From Patescibacteria group bacterium (GTDB lineage: Bacteria > Patescibacteriota > Patescibacteriia > Magasanikbacterales > GWA2-37-8): DNA of 64,000 bases. How positions within the stretch are numbered: the stretch's first letter is position 1; every line of letters starts with the position of its first letter. The stretch spans positions 878,594 through 942,593 of the forward strand of contig JBAZNA010000001.1 in the NCBI GenBank assembly GCA_041649475.1, in the 5' to 3' direction. Shown in pieces: positions 32,528-41,456 of the stretch. The position numbers and the translations under genes were made by a program. The notes under the pieces are model-generated. The model ran no database searches. It saw only the letters and a list, made by a program, of their open reading frames with translations, and had not been told where the DNA came from.

Positions 32528-33757
32528 TTATTTCTTCAAAACATCTTTGAGCTTAACCATTTCAGCGTCTTTTTGGTTGCGCATTTTAATCTCCACTGAT
32601 TGCTGTGCTAAAGTTTTTTTAGAGACAACCAATCGGGTTGGAATACCAATCAAATCCGCGTCAGCCAATTTCACTCCGGCCGTGGCTTCGCGATCATCAT
32701 AAAGCACTTCCACGCCGTTTTTTATCAGATCTTTATATAATTTTTCAGCCGCTTCTAAAATTTCTTTATCCTGACCCAATGAAACCAAATGGTACTGAAA
32801 CGGCGCGACCGATTCCGGCCAGATAATTCCATCTTTATCATTAAAAACTTCCACCAAAGTGCCCATTATCCTTGACGGACCCATTCCGTAACAGCCCATC
32901 TCCACCGGCTTCTCTTTGCCTTTGTCATCCGTGTACTTAAAACTAAAGGCGCCGGAATATTTTGTGCCCAACTTAAAAATATTTCCCACTTCAATGCCTT
33001 TTTTCTCCAACAAATCAGAATTGCCGCATTCCGGACAGGCATTTTGGTCATTTATAATTTCTTTATTTACCGCCACTTTGCATTTCTCACAAAAATAAAT
33101 AGTGTCCTCGCCGATTTCAGATAAGGTTTGAAATTCATGAGAATATTTGGAAAACATTCCGCCGGAAGCGTAGGTCTTAATGGTGATATTACCTATTCCC
33201 AATCTTTCATAGACCTTAAAATATGCCTCTATCACTTTTTTGTAATATTCATCCAAGTCCTCGGTTGAGGTATGGAAAGAATACATGTCTTTCATGTTGA
33301 ATTCGCGGCCGCGGAGCAGTCCGGATTTGGCGCGCGGTTCATTTCTGAATTTATTTTGAATCTGATAAACCGACACCGGCAGATCGCGGTAGGAAAAAGT
33401 ATATTTTTGCACCAGGGGCGTCACCACTTCTTCGTGGGTTGGGTTTAAAACCAATTTCGCGCCGCCCTCGCCTTCAGTACGGAAAAAAACATCTATGGTA
33501 TTTCGGCCGGTGGTGACATAACTTTCTTCAGAGGTTAAAACCGGCATCAAGACCTCATTTCCGCCCACCGCATTCATTTCCTCGCGGATGATATTTTGAA
33601 TTTTGTTAAGCACGCGAAGCCCTAGTGGCAAATAATTGTAAACTCCGGCCATTTGTTTGGAAATAAATCCACCTTGACTTAACAGTTTGGCGTTTATGCT
33701 ACCCTCATCAGCCGGCTGGCTCTTGCTGGTTTTCCCGAAAAGATTTGAATATTTCAT
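32528..33757 (-). CDS. proS: Proline--tRNA ligase, short form without editing domain
   Basis: PTHEE, KFRNEPR..GLLRGREF.MKD.YSF, IEVGNIFKLG, MGCYG.G..R. Confidence 0.95.
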   Translation of the reverse strand: MKYSNLFGKTSKSQPADEGSINAKLLSQGGFISKQMAGVYNYLPLGLRVLNKIQNIIREEMNAVGGNEVLMPVLTSEESYVTTGRNTIDVFFRTEGEGGAKLVLNPTHEEVVTPLVQKYTFSYRDLPVSVYQIQNKFRNEPRAKSGLLRGREFNMKDMYSFHTSTEDLDEYYKKVIEAYFKVYERLGIGNITIKTYASGGMFSKYSHEFQTLSEIGEDTIYFCEKCKVAVNKEIINDQNACPECGNSDLLEKKGIEVGNIFKLGTKYSGAFSFKYTDDKGKEKPVEMGCYGMGPSRIMGTLVEVFNDKDGIIWPESVAPFQYHLVSLGQDKEILEAAEKLYKDLIKNGVEVLYDDREATAGVKLADADLIGIPTRLVVSKKTLAQQSVEIKMRNQKDAEMVKLKDVLKK

Positions 33758-33821
33758 AAGCGAAATGAATGAGTGAAATGCGTTGTTTACAACGGCATTT
33801 CCGAATGAATGAGCTTATATG
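33755..33821 (-). repeat. Structured start-codon-proximal element, copy 2 (before proS)
   Basis: CATATAAGCTCATTC-hairpin-ACTCATTCATTTCGCTT-ATG on minus strand. Confidence 0.75.
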
Positions 33822-33902
33822 ATAATATAGGTAGGTGTATCGTAAAAGTATTAGAATTGTTTTAATTTTAGCATTGGTTGAGGTTCTTGGCAACTCGCCC
33901 GG

Positions 33903-33931
33903 TTGACAAAATGCTAAAAATATTGTATAAT
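33903..33931 (+). promoter_or_regulatory. tRNA promoter
   Basis: Consensus TTGACA-17nt-TATAAT. Confidence 0.8.
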
Positions 33932-33941
33932 TATGAATTAT

Positions 33942-34013
33942 TCTGGGGTAGTTTAATGGTAAAACGCCACGCTGTTAACGTGGTTAGTGTAGGTTCGATT
34001 CCTACCCCCAGAG
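33942..34013 (+). tRNA. tRNA-Asn (GTT), CCA not encoded
   Basis: Acceptor TCTGGGG/CCCCAGA, anticodon arm CCACG-CTGTTAA-CGTGG, T arm GTAGG-TTCGATT-CCTAC, discriminator G. Confidence 0.95.
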
Positions 34014-34215
34014 CTATGAAAAAAGGCCCAAAGTTATTCGGGTCTTTTTTCATAATTTTGCGGGAGGAAGCGAACAAAGGGGTGGCGGGGAAAGTATTTC
34101 CCCGCATTGCTGGGGGTGACCGAAGCCGCCAACCACTGTTAGAGTAGAGGCGGCCGAGGGCAAGAGGGGCGGAAGCCCCTATTGAGGAGCGCGCGAGCGA
34201 AGCGAGCGGCGCGAC

Positions 34216-34238
34216 CGATTCCTACCCTACGGAGCTAT
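34216..34238 (+). repeat. Degenerate duplicate of the tRNA-Asn 3' end (att-like)
   Basis: CGATTCCTACCCTACGGAGCTAT vs CGATTCCTACCCCCAGAGCTAT at 33996-34017. Confidence 0.65.
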
Positions 34239-34404
34239 TCGGAACGTGGGGCCATTTCGGCCAAAATTCGGTATCTAGCCGGCTCATTACGCGATGGCTA
34301 GCCAAATATTGATTAAATCGCAAAAAATGTTAAAAAATGAACTTGACACCAATTAATGTATATACTATAATCTAAATATAACAATAATTTGTTAAAAATA
34401 TAAT

Positions 34405-35640
34405 ATGATAACAAAATTAAGGGTCAGCAACTATTATTCCATTGGAGAAGAAATAAAGCTAGACTTCTTAAAAGGTGGTGCAAAAAAGGAGGTGGGATAT
34501 TTTCAGTATAAAAAAAGTGAAAAAATATCACTAATAAACGGGTTTTTTGGTGCGAATGCGAGTGGCAAGAGTAGTATCCTGGGATCTATGGTCAGCCTAA
34601 TTAAAATGATGTACACCATCTCTTCACCACAAAATATATCACTACAGAGCGTTGCCTCTGGTGAGGTTTTGTTGTGCCACCCTAATCTACACAAAAATTT
34701 TAAAGATAAACCTACAAAATTAGGAATTGATTTTTTGTTTGGTAATAATTACTACACTTACGATTTGGAAATTCAAGGTGGAAACAATATAACTGAAGAA
34801 AATTTGTACGTTACCACTCTTGATTTAGCCGCTGCACATCCAAAAAAAATATTCACGAGATCCGGGTCTATTATTAGCTTCGGGCCGGAATACAAAGACT
34901 ACGAAGCTTACTCAACTAATATAAATATTCAAAAATATCAAACTTTTATTTCCCATTTAATAAACATTGGGGCAAAGGCTATGGTTGATTTTGTGAATTA
35001 TAAGAATTCTTTTTTTCTAAAGGTGGATAGGATGGATTTACAGCTCCCTTCTTACGGTAAGATCATAATACGAGCTTTCCAACTCAATTCTCTTGCAGAG
35101 GACAAGAAAAAGGAATTCTTAAAAATTACACAAGACATAATGAGTTGTTTTGATGATTCCATCAATGGTTTAGAAGTTGATACTAAAAATAATACTGTTT
35201 CTATCAAAGTGGGACACAAAAATTTCTTGAATAGCATTGACATTACGGATGAATCGGCCGGCACCAGAGAACTGTTTTGTTATATATATGACATATTAGA
35301 TGCCTTTAAAAAAGGCGGGGTTATTATTTATGACGAAACGAGCAAATACTACCACCCAGATATAGAGCTTGAGTTATTCTCTATTTTCAAAAATGAAGAA
35401 TTTAACACAAAAAATGCACAACTATTCTTCGCTTCACATAATCACGGGACTTTTGACTTACTTGAACTAGACCAGGCCTACATTGTGGAAAAAACAGATT
35501 CCAGCTCTACCATCAACAGGTTATCAGAAGTTGAAGATCTTAAAAAGCGGGACAACCTAAAAAAGAAATATCGCCTCGGCATGCTTGGTGGAGTTCCAGA
35601 CACTACTGCCTTTGACTTTAGGTTGAAACAACTACTATGA
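34405..35640 (+). CDS. ABC/AAA_21-type ATPase (RloA/AbiLi-like)
   Basis: Walker A GANASGKS, signature ESAGT, Walker B IIYDE..HP, H-loop FASHN. Confidence 0.85.
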   Translation: MITKLRVSNYYSIGEEIKLDFLKGGAKKEVGYFQYKKSEKISLINGFFGANASGKSSILGSMVSLIKMMYTISSPQNISLQSVASGEVLLCHPNLHKNFKDKPTKLGIDFLFGNNYYTYDLEIQGGNNITEENLYVTTLDLAAAHPKKIFTRSGSIISFGPEYKDYEAYSTNINIQKYQTFISHLINIGAKAMVDFVNYKNSFFLKVDRMDLQLPSYGKIIIRAFQLNSLAEDKKKEFLKITQDIMSCFDDSINGLEVDTKNNTVSIKVGHKNFLNSIDITDESAGTRELFCYIYDILDAFKKGGVIIYDETSKYYHPDIELELFSIFKNEEFNTKNAQLFFASHNHGTFDLLELDQAYIVEKTDSSSTINRLSEVEDLKKRDNLKKKYRLGMLGGVPDTTAFDFRLKQLL

Positions 35641-36158
35641 AATTACCGCCTGTAATAATTCCTTTCTGCGAGGGTGAAGCGGAAGTGCTTCTTTTTGAAT
35701 TTCTAAAACTTAATTATTCAAATAAAACAATACGGTTTCAAAAACCGAAAAATCTTAAGGGTTTTGAAAATTTAGCTGGATTTAAAAAAAAATATTATAA
35801 GGCCATAAAGGCCCAAGGCCTCAAACCTAAAAAAGATTTTATCAAGGTTCGATTTTTGTTTATATTTGACAATGATTTAGAAGACTCGAAAGAAATAAAA
35901 GAGTTTTTGGAACTAAAAGGACATTTGGTACAGCAATGTGAGCCAAACGTAGAGGGGTTGATACTAGGTATTATAGATCAAAGTCAGGGAGATAATTTAA
36001 AAACAGAGGATTACAGAAAAAAATGTAAAAATAACTTTAAAAAACAATTTGGTTGTGAATCTCATCGTTTAAAAGAGAGAGAATTAAAAAAAATATTTGA
36101 GGACGAAAAACATTTTAAGAATAATCTGCCCATCTTATACAATTTATTTAAAAAATGA
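35637..36158 (+). CDS. RloB/AbiLii-like Toprim protein
   Basis: CEGEAE and FDND Toprim-like motifs, P..E motif; overlaps ATPase stop (ATGA). Confidence 0.7.
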   Translation: MKLPPVIIPFCEGEAEVLLFEFLKLNYSNKTIRFQKPKNLKGFENLAGFKKKYYKAIKAQGLKPKKDFIKVRFLFIFDNDLEDSKEIKEFLELKGHLVQQCEPNVEGLILGIIDQSQGDNLKTEDYRKKCKNNFKKQFGCESHRLKERELKKIFEDEKHFKNNLPILYNLFKK

Positions 36159-36216
36159 CCCACCGAAAAATGTTTATCAAAAAGGTGTGCCCCCCACATC
36201 TACCACCCCGAGCATT

Positions 36217-37194
36217 ATGGATACTCTGTTTCCACCAAACCTTATTTCTGGGAGTGTAAAAACCCAAAAACAACTTGATGCTGCTTTAGCAAAACATTCA
36301 GATCTTTCAATATCCTTTGTCACTATAGCTGTTAATAGACCTGAGACACGAAAGTGGTATGAACACTACTGGCAAAAAATACATAGGTACCTCGATAAAG
36401 ATTTTGCTCAAAAGTTCCGACTTGAAAGCGAACATGAATCTCGTGGATGGGAATTTCACATTGCCTCGGTCTTACTTGATCATGGAGTGAATCTGAAAGA
36501 AAAAACTTGGAATACAGGACCAGATTTTTGTATTCAAACTCCTGAAGGCAGGAACATATGGATTGAAGCAATTTGTTGTACCTCGGGCGAAGTTGACCCT
36601 GTTCCACCAAAACCAGATCTGACAGAGGGTAAAGTTTACATAGGTGGAGGCGGCATAGAGGATTTAAATCGCCCACGCGTATTGCGAATTCTTAATGCTG
36701 TTGGTACTAAATATGAAAAGTTCAAACGGTACGTTGCAGATGGAAAAAGCGGCGTATCAGAAAATGACTGCTTAATTATTGCGATAAGTGGCGCGAATAT
36801 TGAATTCGCGTCCGATTCAGAGGTACTTTTGAAGCGCGCTGTATTTGGGGTTGGTCTTGATACATATTACAAAGATCCGAAAACGAATAAATTGGTTGGG
36901 CCTTTTTATAAACCATCACCAAATATCATTAAGAAGGCAAAGATTGGGGATAAAATCATGCCGGCAAATTTTATGGAGATGGAAGGATTTTCAAACATCA
37001 ATGCCGTGCTCTATTGTGGACATCACGCATATAATTGCGAACGGAATGGTCATAAAGTTGGTGATGATTTTCTCTTTGCTTATCACGTTAATCCAACCAA
37101 CTCACTCCCTGTCAATTTATTTAATTTTGGTCTAGAAATTAGAAAAAACCCTACAGATGCCAGCATTACAACTTTTAATTTAAATACCAATTAA
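36217..37194 (+). CDS. Hypothetical protein, possible PD-(D/E)XK nuclease fold
   Basis: WE, GPDF and IWIEA motif spacing; start uncertain (36097-36217). Confidence 0.6.
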   Translation: MDTLFPPNLISGSVKTQKQLDAALAKHSDLSISFVTIAVNRPETRKWYEHYWQKIHRYLDKDFAQKFRLESEHESRGWEFHIASVLLDHGVNLKEKTWNTGPDFCIQTPEGRNIWIEAICCTSGEVDPVPPKPDLTEGKVYIGGGGIEDLNRPRVLRILNAVGTKYEKFKRYVADGKSGVSENDCLIIAISGANIEFASDSEVLLKRAVFGVGLDTYYKDPKTNKLVGPFYKPSPNIIKKAKIGDKIMPANFMEMEGFSNINAVLYCGHHAYNCERNGHKVGDDFLFAYHVNPTNSLPVNLFNFGLEIRKNPTDASITTFNLNTN

Positions 37195-37405
37195 AATTTA
37201 ATAAATTTCTAAATTTTTCCCCGACCCATCCCCATCAAAGAAGACCACCAGACAATGCCCAAAAATCCCTCAATGGTCTCACTTTACATAGCTTCTGAAC
37301 CCGTGTCGGGAGCTATAAAAAATCACCCTCAAATTAAGGGTGATTTTAATTTTGATTGACACAAAAATATCATTATTGTATTCTCCCTAAAAGGAGGCGC
37401 TAATC

Positions 37406-37615
37406 ATGCCGATCTTTGGCAGTGACGAAGACAGATACACAACTTGGAAATGCCCTTCGTGCCACAACTACTTCGGCAGAAGCGGCAAGTGTTCCGTCTG
37501 CGGCGACACGCTAGTGCAGAGTGCCATCTCCGACGCGGCGGTCAACCGCATCATCTACGCTAGGGACATCGAACGGCCCCGGCAACAAGACCAGAAAAAG
37601 CGCGAAGGAGGATAA
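37406..37615 (+). CDS. Small zinc-ribbon protein (GC-rich, SD-led)
   Basis: CPSC..CSVC, AAGGAGG SD, upstream TTGACA-17-TATTCT. Confidence 0.65.
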   Translation: MPIFGSDEDRYTTWKCPSCHNYFGRSGKCSVCGDTLVQSAISDAAVNRIIYARDIERPRQQDQKKREGG

Positions 37616-37621
37616 GGCGCC

Positions 37622-37909
37622 ATGGCAAAAAAAGTCATAAATGGCCAGGTCATAGACGACCTTGGGATAGATCTCGACAGCTTACCCCTCCCAGCGCAAC
37701 TGCTGGAGGAGCGGCGGCGCAAGGGTCATCCCATCGAGATCCCAAGCTTGGGCGTCATCATCATGCCCGATGGAACCGTGGTGGACAAGGGCCTGCCCCC
37801 GGACGACTACGCTAGGGCCAGCCCGTCCGAAAAGACCGCCACGCTCAAGCGGTACGAGCCAGAGCAGGGTTTCTTCGCCCGCCTGTGGCGGCGGATCTTT
37901 CACAAATGA
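37622..37909 (+). CDS. Hypothetical protein with amphipathic C-terminal helix
   Basis: GGAGG upstream; ends GFFARLWRRIFHK. Confidence 0.65.
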   Translation: MAKKVINGQVIDDLGIDLDSLPLPAQLLEERRRKGHPIEIPSLGVIIMPDGTVVDKGLPPDDYARASPSEKTATLKRYEPEQGFFARLWRRIFHK

Positions 37910-37915
37910 GTTCGT

Positions 37916-38001
37916 TCATTCCCCAAGGAGGGTGCTCCGCGAACAGCAACAACAGTTCGCACCCCTCAAAAGCAACTCACCAGATGGGTTGTTTTTGTTT
38001 A
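37916..38001 (+). repeat. 86-bp structured direct repeat, copy A (hairpin + terminator)
   Basis: 83/86 identical to 39941-40026 by manual alignment. Confidence 0.9.
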
Positions 38002-38066
38002 GGTTGGGGTGTCTTTATTTTCCTATATAGCGTATGCTACAGATATTAAGACCTAACACTGAATTT

Positions 38067-38519
38067 ATGATAAAACCACTGCTTATTCTGCCTCTGTTAA
38101 TTTTAGCCGGAGCCGGATGCGCATACGCGCCAGCCACAAATAATCAAACTAACTTAAACTACAGCAACCAAAACCTGACTTCGGCTCCGGCTGGAATTTT
38201 TGATAGAACCGACGCTACCAGTCTTGATCTCTCACACAATAATCTGACTGGAGCCATCCCAGCGGAAATAAGATTTTTACAAAATCTTAAAGTTCTGAAC
38301 TTGAGTAATAATAAAATGACTGGCCTGCCCGCCGAAATCGGCCAATTAAAAAATCTGGAAATTCTTGACGTGTCCAACAACCAACTGACCGGCCTGCCAT
38401 ATGAATTGGGAAATCTAAAAAACTTAAAAACCCTGAATTTGTCTGGCAACGCGTACTCCGAACAAGACCTCCAAATCATCCGCGAGAAAATCCCAAATGC
38501 GAATATTATTACTAAATAA
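38067..38519 (+). CDS. Leucine-rich repeat lipoprotein
   Basis: Lipobox-like LAGAGC; LxxLxLSxNxLTGLP.EIG.L repeats. Confidence 0.85.
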   Translation: MIKPLLILPLLILAGAGCAYAPATNNQTNLNYSNQNLTSAPAGIFDRTDATSLDLSHNNLTGAIPAEIRFLQNLKVLNLSNNKMTGLPAEIGQLKNLEILDVSNNQLTGLPYELGNLKNLKTLNLSGNAYSEQDLQIIREKIPNANIITK

Positions 38520-38626
38520 GTGCTTTCAACTGGATCCTTCTTGAACTTAAATAAGAGCTTCATCGAACATTGACGGCTCATCTTTTTTCATATTTAATAT
38601 ACATACCCAAATGAAGGAGGACAGGC

Positions 38627-39442
38627 ATGCGCATTATCTTGTTGAGTTTCGTGCTCGGGATCTGTGTATCAAGTGTGCCCCACCATGGGATCGCCCAAAG
38701 AGATTCGTCAAGACCATCCCTGGCCACACTGGACAAGCAGATCTTCACCCAGAACACGGTGATTGAGGCCGATCGGATCGAGATCCAGAGTGGAGCCAGG
38801 ATCCGCGTCCGCAACGGAGCGGCCTTGAAGCTCAAGGCAGACACCATCGTGATCTTTGGCCCCGCCTTCATCGACGGCCGCGGCGAACCCGGCCACCAAG
38901 GCGCTCCCGGGCAATCGAAGAACGACACCTGGCGGAGCAGCGGTGGCGGCGGGTGGTATAGCTGCGATATCGCCCATCGCGACTGGGTGGCTTCCGGAAG
39001 TGAGGTTGACCGCGGCGGGGATGGTGGACCGGGCGGTCCCGGAGGACCTGGGGCGATCATCATCCTGGAGTACAGGGACCTACAGGGTCCCGCCAACCTG
39101 CAAACCGAATTCCGAGGCGGACCGGGCGGTCCCGGAGGACCTGGTGGAACCGGCAGAATCCTCTGCTGCGGTTGCCACAACAACGAGTGCAAGCGGGGTC
39201 CTTCGGGTAGGTCAGGGCCAAACGGCCAGCCAGGTCCCAATGGACGGGAAGTTCGTCGAAGTCTGACGAGAACCCAATCCATTGATTCCACCAGCATCAC
39301 GCCGCCGCCGGAGCGCATGGAGTCGTGCTACCCCAACCCCTGTCCGTCCGGAATCTGCTGCGAGAACCAAGGCAGAATCTGGTGCTGTTCCGAAGGACAG
39401 TACTGCACCTATTCGCCTGATGGATGCAAGTACCGCAAGTAG
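38627..39442 (+). CDS. Secreted Gly-X-Y/Gly-Pro-rich, Cys-rich protein
   Basis: AAGGAGG SD, signal peptide, GPGGPGGPG repeats (26-bp exact DNA repeat at 39026 and 39119), Cys-rich tail. Confidence 0.75.
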   Translation: MRIILLSFVLGICVSSVPHHGIAQRDSSRPSLATLDKQIFTQNTVIEADRIEIQSGARIRVRNGAALKLKADTIVIFGPAFIDGRGEPGHQGAPGQSKNDTWRSSGGGGWYSCDIAHRDWVASGSEVDRGGDGGPGGPGGPGAIIILEYRDLQGPANLQTEFRGGPGGPGGPGGTGRILCCGCHNNECKRGPSGRSGPNGQPGPNGREVRRSLTRTQSIDSTSITPPPERMESCYPNPCPSGICCENQGRIWCCSEGQYCTYSPDGCKYRK

Positions 39443-39560
39443 GCCGTCGCTCTTTTCTCCTCCGCCAGTCTGGCCCTTCCAGCTGGCTTCTTTTTTTATC
39501 AAAAATAATTGTATTCCAAATAAAGTCATGTTAAACTGACTGAAAGAGGAGGATGGGACA

Positions 39561-39938
39561 ATGAAAAAATACAAGCACTTCTCGGGTGCAGTGCTGATGA
39601 GAGACGAACTCAAAAAGAAGTTCGGCACGCCGAAGTGGCTCGCCGGCATCGTTGTGATGCACACCGTCCGGTATGGCTACCTCGTGGAAGTACGCGTCTT
39701 CGGCAAGGCCAAGTTCCCCAAGCTACCCAGGTTGCCTCTCTACCTCCGGGATGCCACCAGGGTCCGCTTCCGGCGGGTGAAGAAAACACCGGAAGCGCGA
39801 CTGAAGAGGGCAATCGCCCGGTTTGAAGATCCGGCTTCGCACGTCGCCGACAATGTTGCTCTCTCAGCAACCCTACACGAAGCCGCCGAAGCCCACTCCA
39901 AAATCCTGGGACCACATGGCCGCCTTCGACATTGCTAA
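39561..39938 (+). CDS. Hypothetical basic protein (GC-rich, SD-led)
   Basis: GAGGAGG SD, G/C-ending codons. Confidence 0.65.
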   Translation: MKKYKHFSGAVLMRDELKKKFGTPKWLAGIVVMHTVRYGYLVEVRVFGKAKFPKLPRLPLYLRDATRVRFRRVKKTPEARLKRAIARFEDPASHVADNVALSATLHEAAEAHSKILGPHGRLRHC

Positions 39939-39940
39939 AC

Positions 39941-40026
39941 TCATTCCCCAAGGAGGGTGCTCCGCGAACGGCAACAAAAGTTCGCACCCCTCAAAAGCAA
40001 CTCACCCGATGGGTTGTTTTTGTTTA
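39941..40026 (+). repeat. 86-bp structured direct repeat, copy B
   Basis: Matches 37916-38001 with three substitutions, all in loops. Confidence 0.9.
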
Positions 40027-40083
40027 CAAATGTTGAATTTTGAGGTAAAATTGAATATGAAAAAATAAACGCCTGCAGAAATT

Positions 40084-40395
40084 ATGAAAAAATTTTTATA
40101 TTGGCTGCCTCGCATTCTATCAATCTTACTTATTATTTTTATAAGCTTATTTGCTTTAGATGTTTTTGAAGAACCGCAGTGGTTTTTACCCTTGCTTATC
40201 CACTTAATTCCCAGCTTCATCTTAATCATTTTAACCATCATTGCCTGGAAACATGAAAAATTCGGGGGCTTTGCTTTCATCGTTGCCGGACTTCTCATGC
40301 TGGTTTTTACCAATTTTAAATCGCTTATCATCTCTATTCCAATCGTTATTATCGGCGCACTTTTCTTAAGCAGAAAATATCTATTCAAAACTTAA
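40084..40395 (+). CDS. Small multi-TM membrane protein
   Basis: WLPRILSI..FISLFALDVF, HLIP; hydrophobic throughout. Confidence 0.75.
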   Translation: MKKFLYWLPRILSILLIIFISLFALDVFEEPQWFLPLLIHLIPSFILIILTIIAWKHEKFGGFAFIVAGLLMLVFTNFKSLIISIPIVIIGALFLSRKYLFKT

Positions 40396-40461
40396 CCTAC
40401 CTTTATGCAAACCAGACAAAAAAACCAGACGATATATAATTTAACCTTGAACGACCTGATC

Positions 40462-41160
40462 ATGGATAATTTTGACAAAAAATATGTCCTGCGGGTCAAA
40501 GATATGCCCAGCGAAGACCGGCCGCGGGAAAAAATGGTTGAACTCGGCGCGGCGGCTTTAACGTCACAGGAGCTGTTGGCTGTGATGCTCACCACCGGCA
40601 CCAAAAAAGAAGAAGTCATGGCCATGGCCAACCGCATTTTAAAGGACTACGGCGAAAAAGCGATTGCCGCCCAGAAAGATCCCAAGACCGTTGCCAAAGA
40701 ATTTGATTTACCTTTAATAAAGGCCTGCCAAATTGTGGCTTGTTTTGAACTGGGCCGCAGATTTTTCAAAGAGGCAAAAATCGGATTGGCCACCATCCGC
40801 ACGGCCAAACAGGCGTTTGAATATCTAAAAGACATGCGCGAACTGCCCAAAGAACACTTGCGCGGCATTTATTTAAACAGTCACTTCAGAGTTATTCACG
40901 ACGAAACCATTTCCGTAGGCAGTATGACCGCCAATATCGTGCATCCGCGCGAGGTGTTTAAGCCGGCCATTGAGCACGGCGCCGTCGCCTTAATAATTGC
41001 CCACAACCACCCGTCCGGCAGCACCAAACCGACACAATCTGATATTGATATCACCGAACAACTGGTTAAAGCCGGAAAAATCTTGGGCATTGACCTGCTT
41101 GACCATATCATCATCGCCAAAAATAAATTTGCCAGCGTTCCCGCCAGCTATGAATCATAA
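40462..41160 (+). CDS. radC: RadC family JAB-domain protein
   Basis: RPREK, HPREVF, HNHPSG...P...D, LLDHII. Confidence 0.95.
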   Translation: MDNFDKKYVLRVKDMPSEDRPREKMVELGAAALTSQELLAVMLTTGTKKEEVMAMANRILKDYGEKAIAAQKDPKTVAKEFDLPLIKACQIVACFELGRRFFKEAKIGLATIRTAKQAFEYLKDMRELPKEHLRGIYLNSHFRVIHDETISVGSMTANIVHPREVFKPAIEHGAVALIIAHNHPSGSTKPTQSDIDITEQLVKAGKILGIDLLDHIIIAKNKFASVPASYES

Positions 41161-41425
41161 AAACAATAAAAAATACGCCATCACCGGCGCGGATCGAATT
41201 TTTTTATTCCATGACATTGATGAAAAAAATCCGCGACCGCAAAGAATCAAGAGAATAAAATTTCATGTTGAACAGGACGACTATTTTGGCACCCTGGCCG
41301 CAATTTTGAATTTGCTCACCGAAGATGAAACCACGCCTAAAAATGCGCCAAACAAAAAACTTTTAGAAAAGCTCGTTGAGGACTTAAATTTTCTTCAGGA
41401 CAATTTTAAGATAATCAAAAAATAA
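41150..41425 (+). CDS. Hypothetical protein
   Basis: ATG overlapping the radC end; typical codon usage. Confidence 0.6.
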   Translation: MNHKNNKKYAITGADRIFLFHDIDEKNPRPQRIKRIKFHVEQDDYFGTLAAILNLLTEDETTPKNAPNKKLLEKLVEDLNFLQDNFKIIKK

Positions 41426-41456
41426 AACCTGCGGTCTGTGCCCGGAGGTTTTTTTA

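Noticed and set aside
33758-33900. T-box riboswitch before proS or other synthetases
   Set aside because: No T-box AGGGTGGNACC consensus or leader terminator seen
38578-39318. 246-aa Pro-rich minus-strand ORF
   Set aside because: Antisense of the SD-led, signal-peptide-bearing plus-strand gene
37916-40026. Integron attC sites or CRISPR repeats
   Set aside because: No clean RYYYAAC/GTTRRRY boxes in both copies, no integrase in the window, only two copies 2 kb apart and no cas genes
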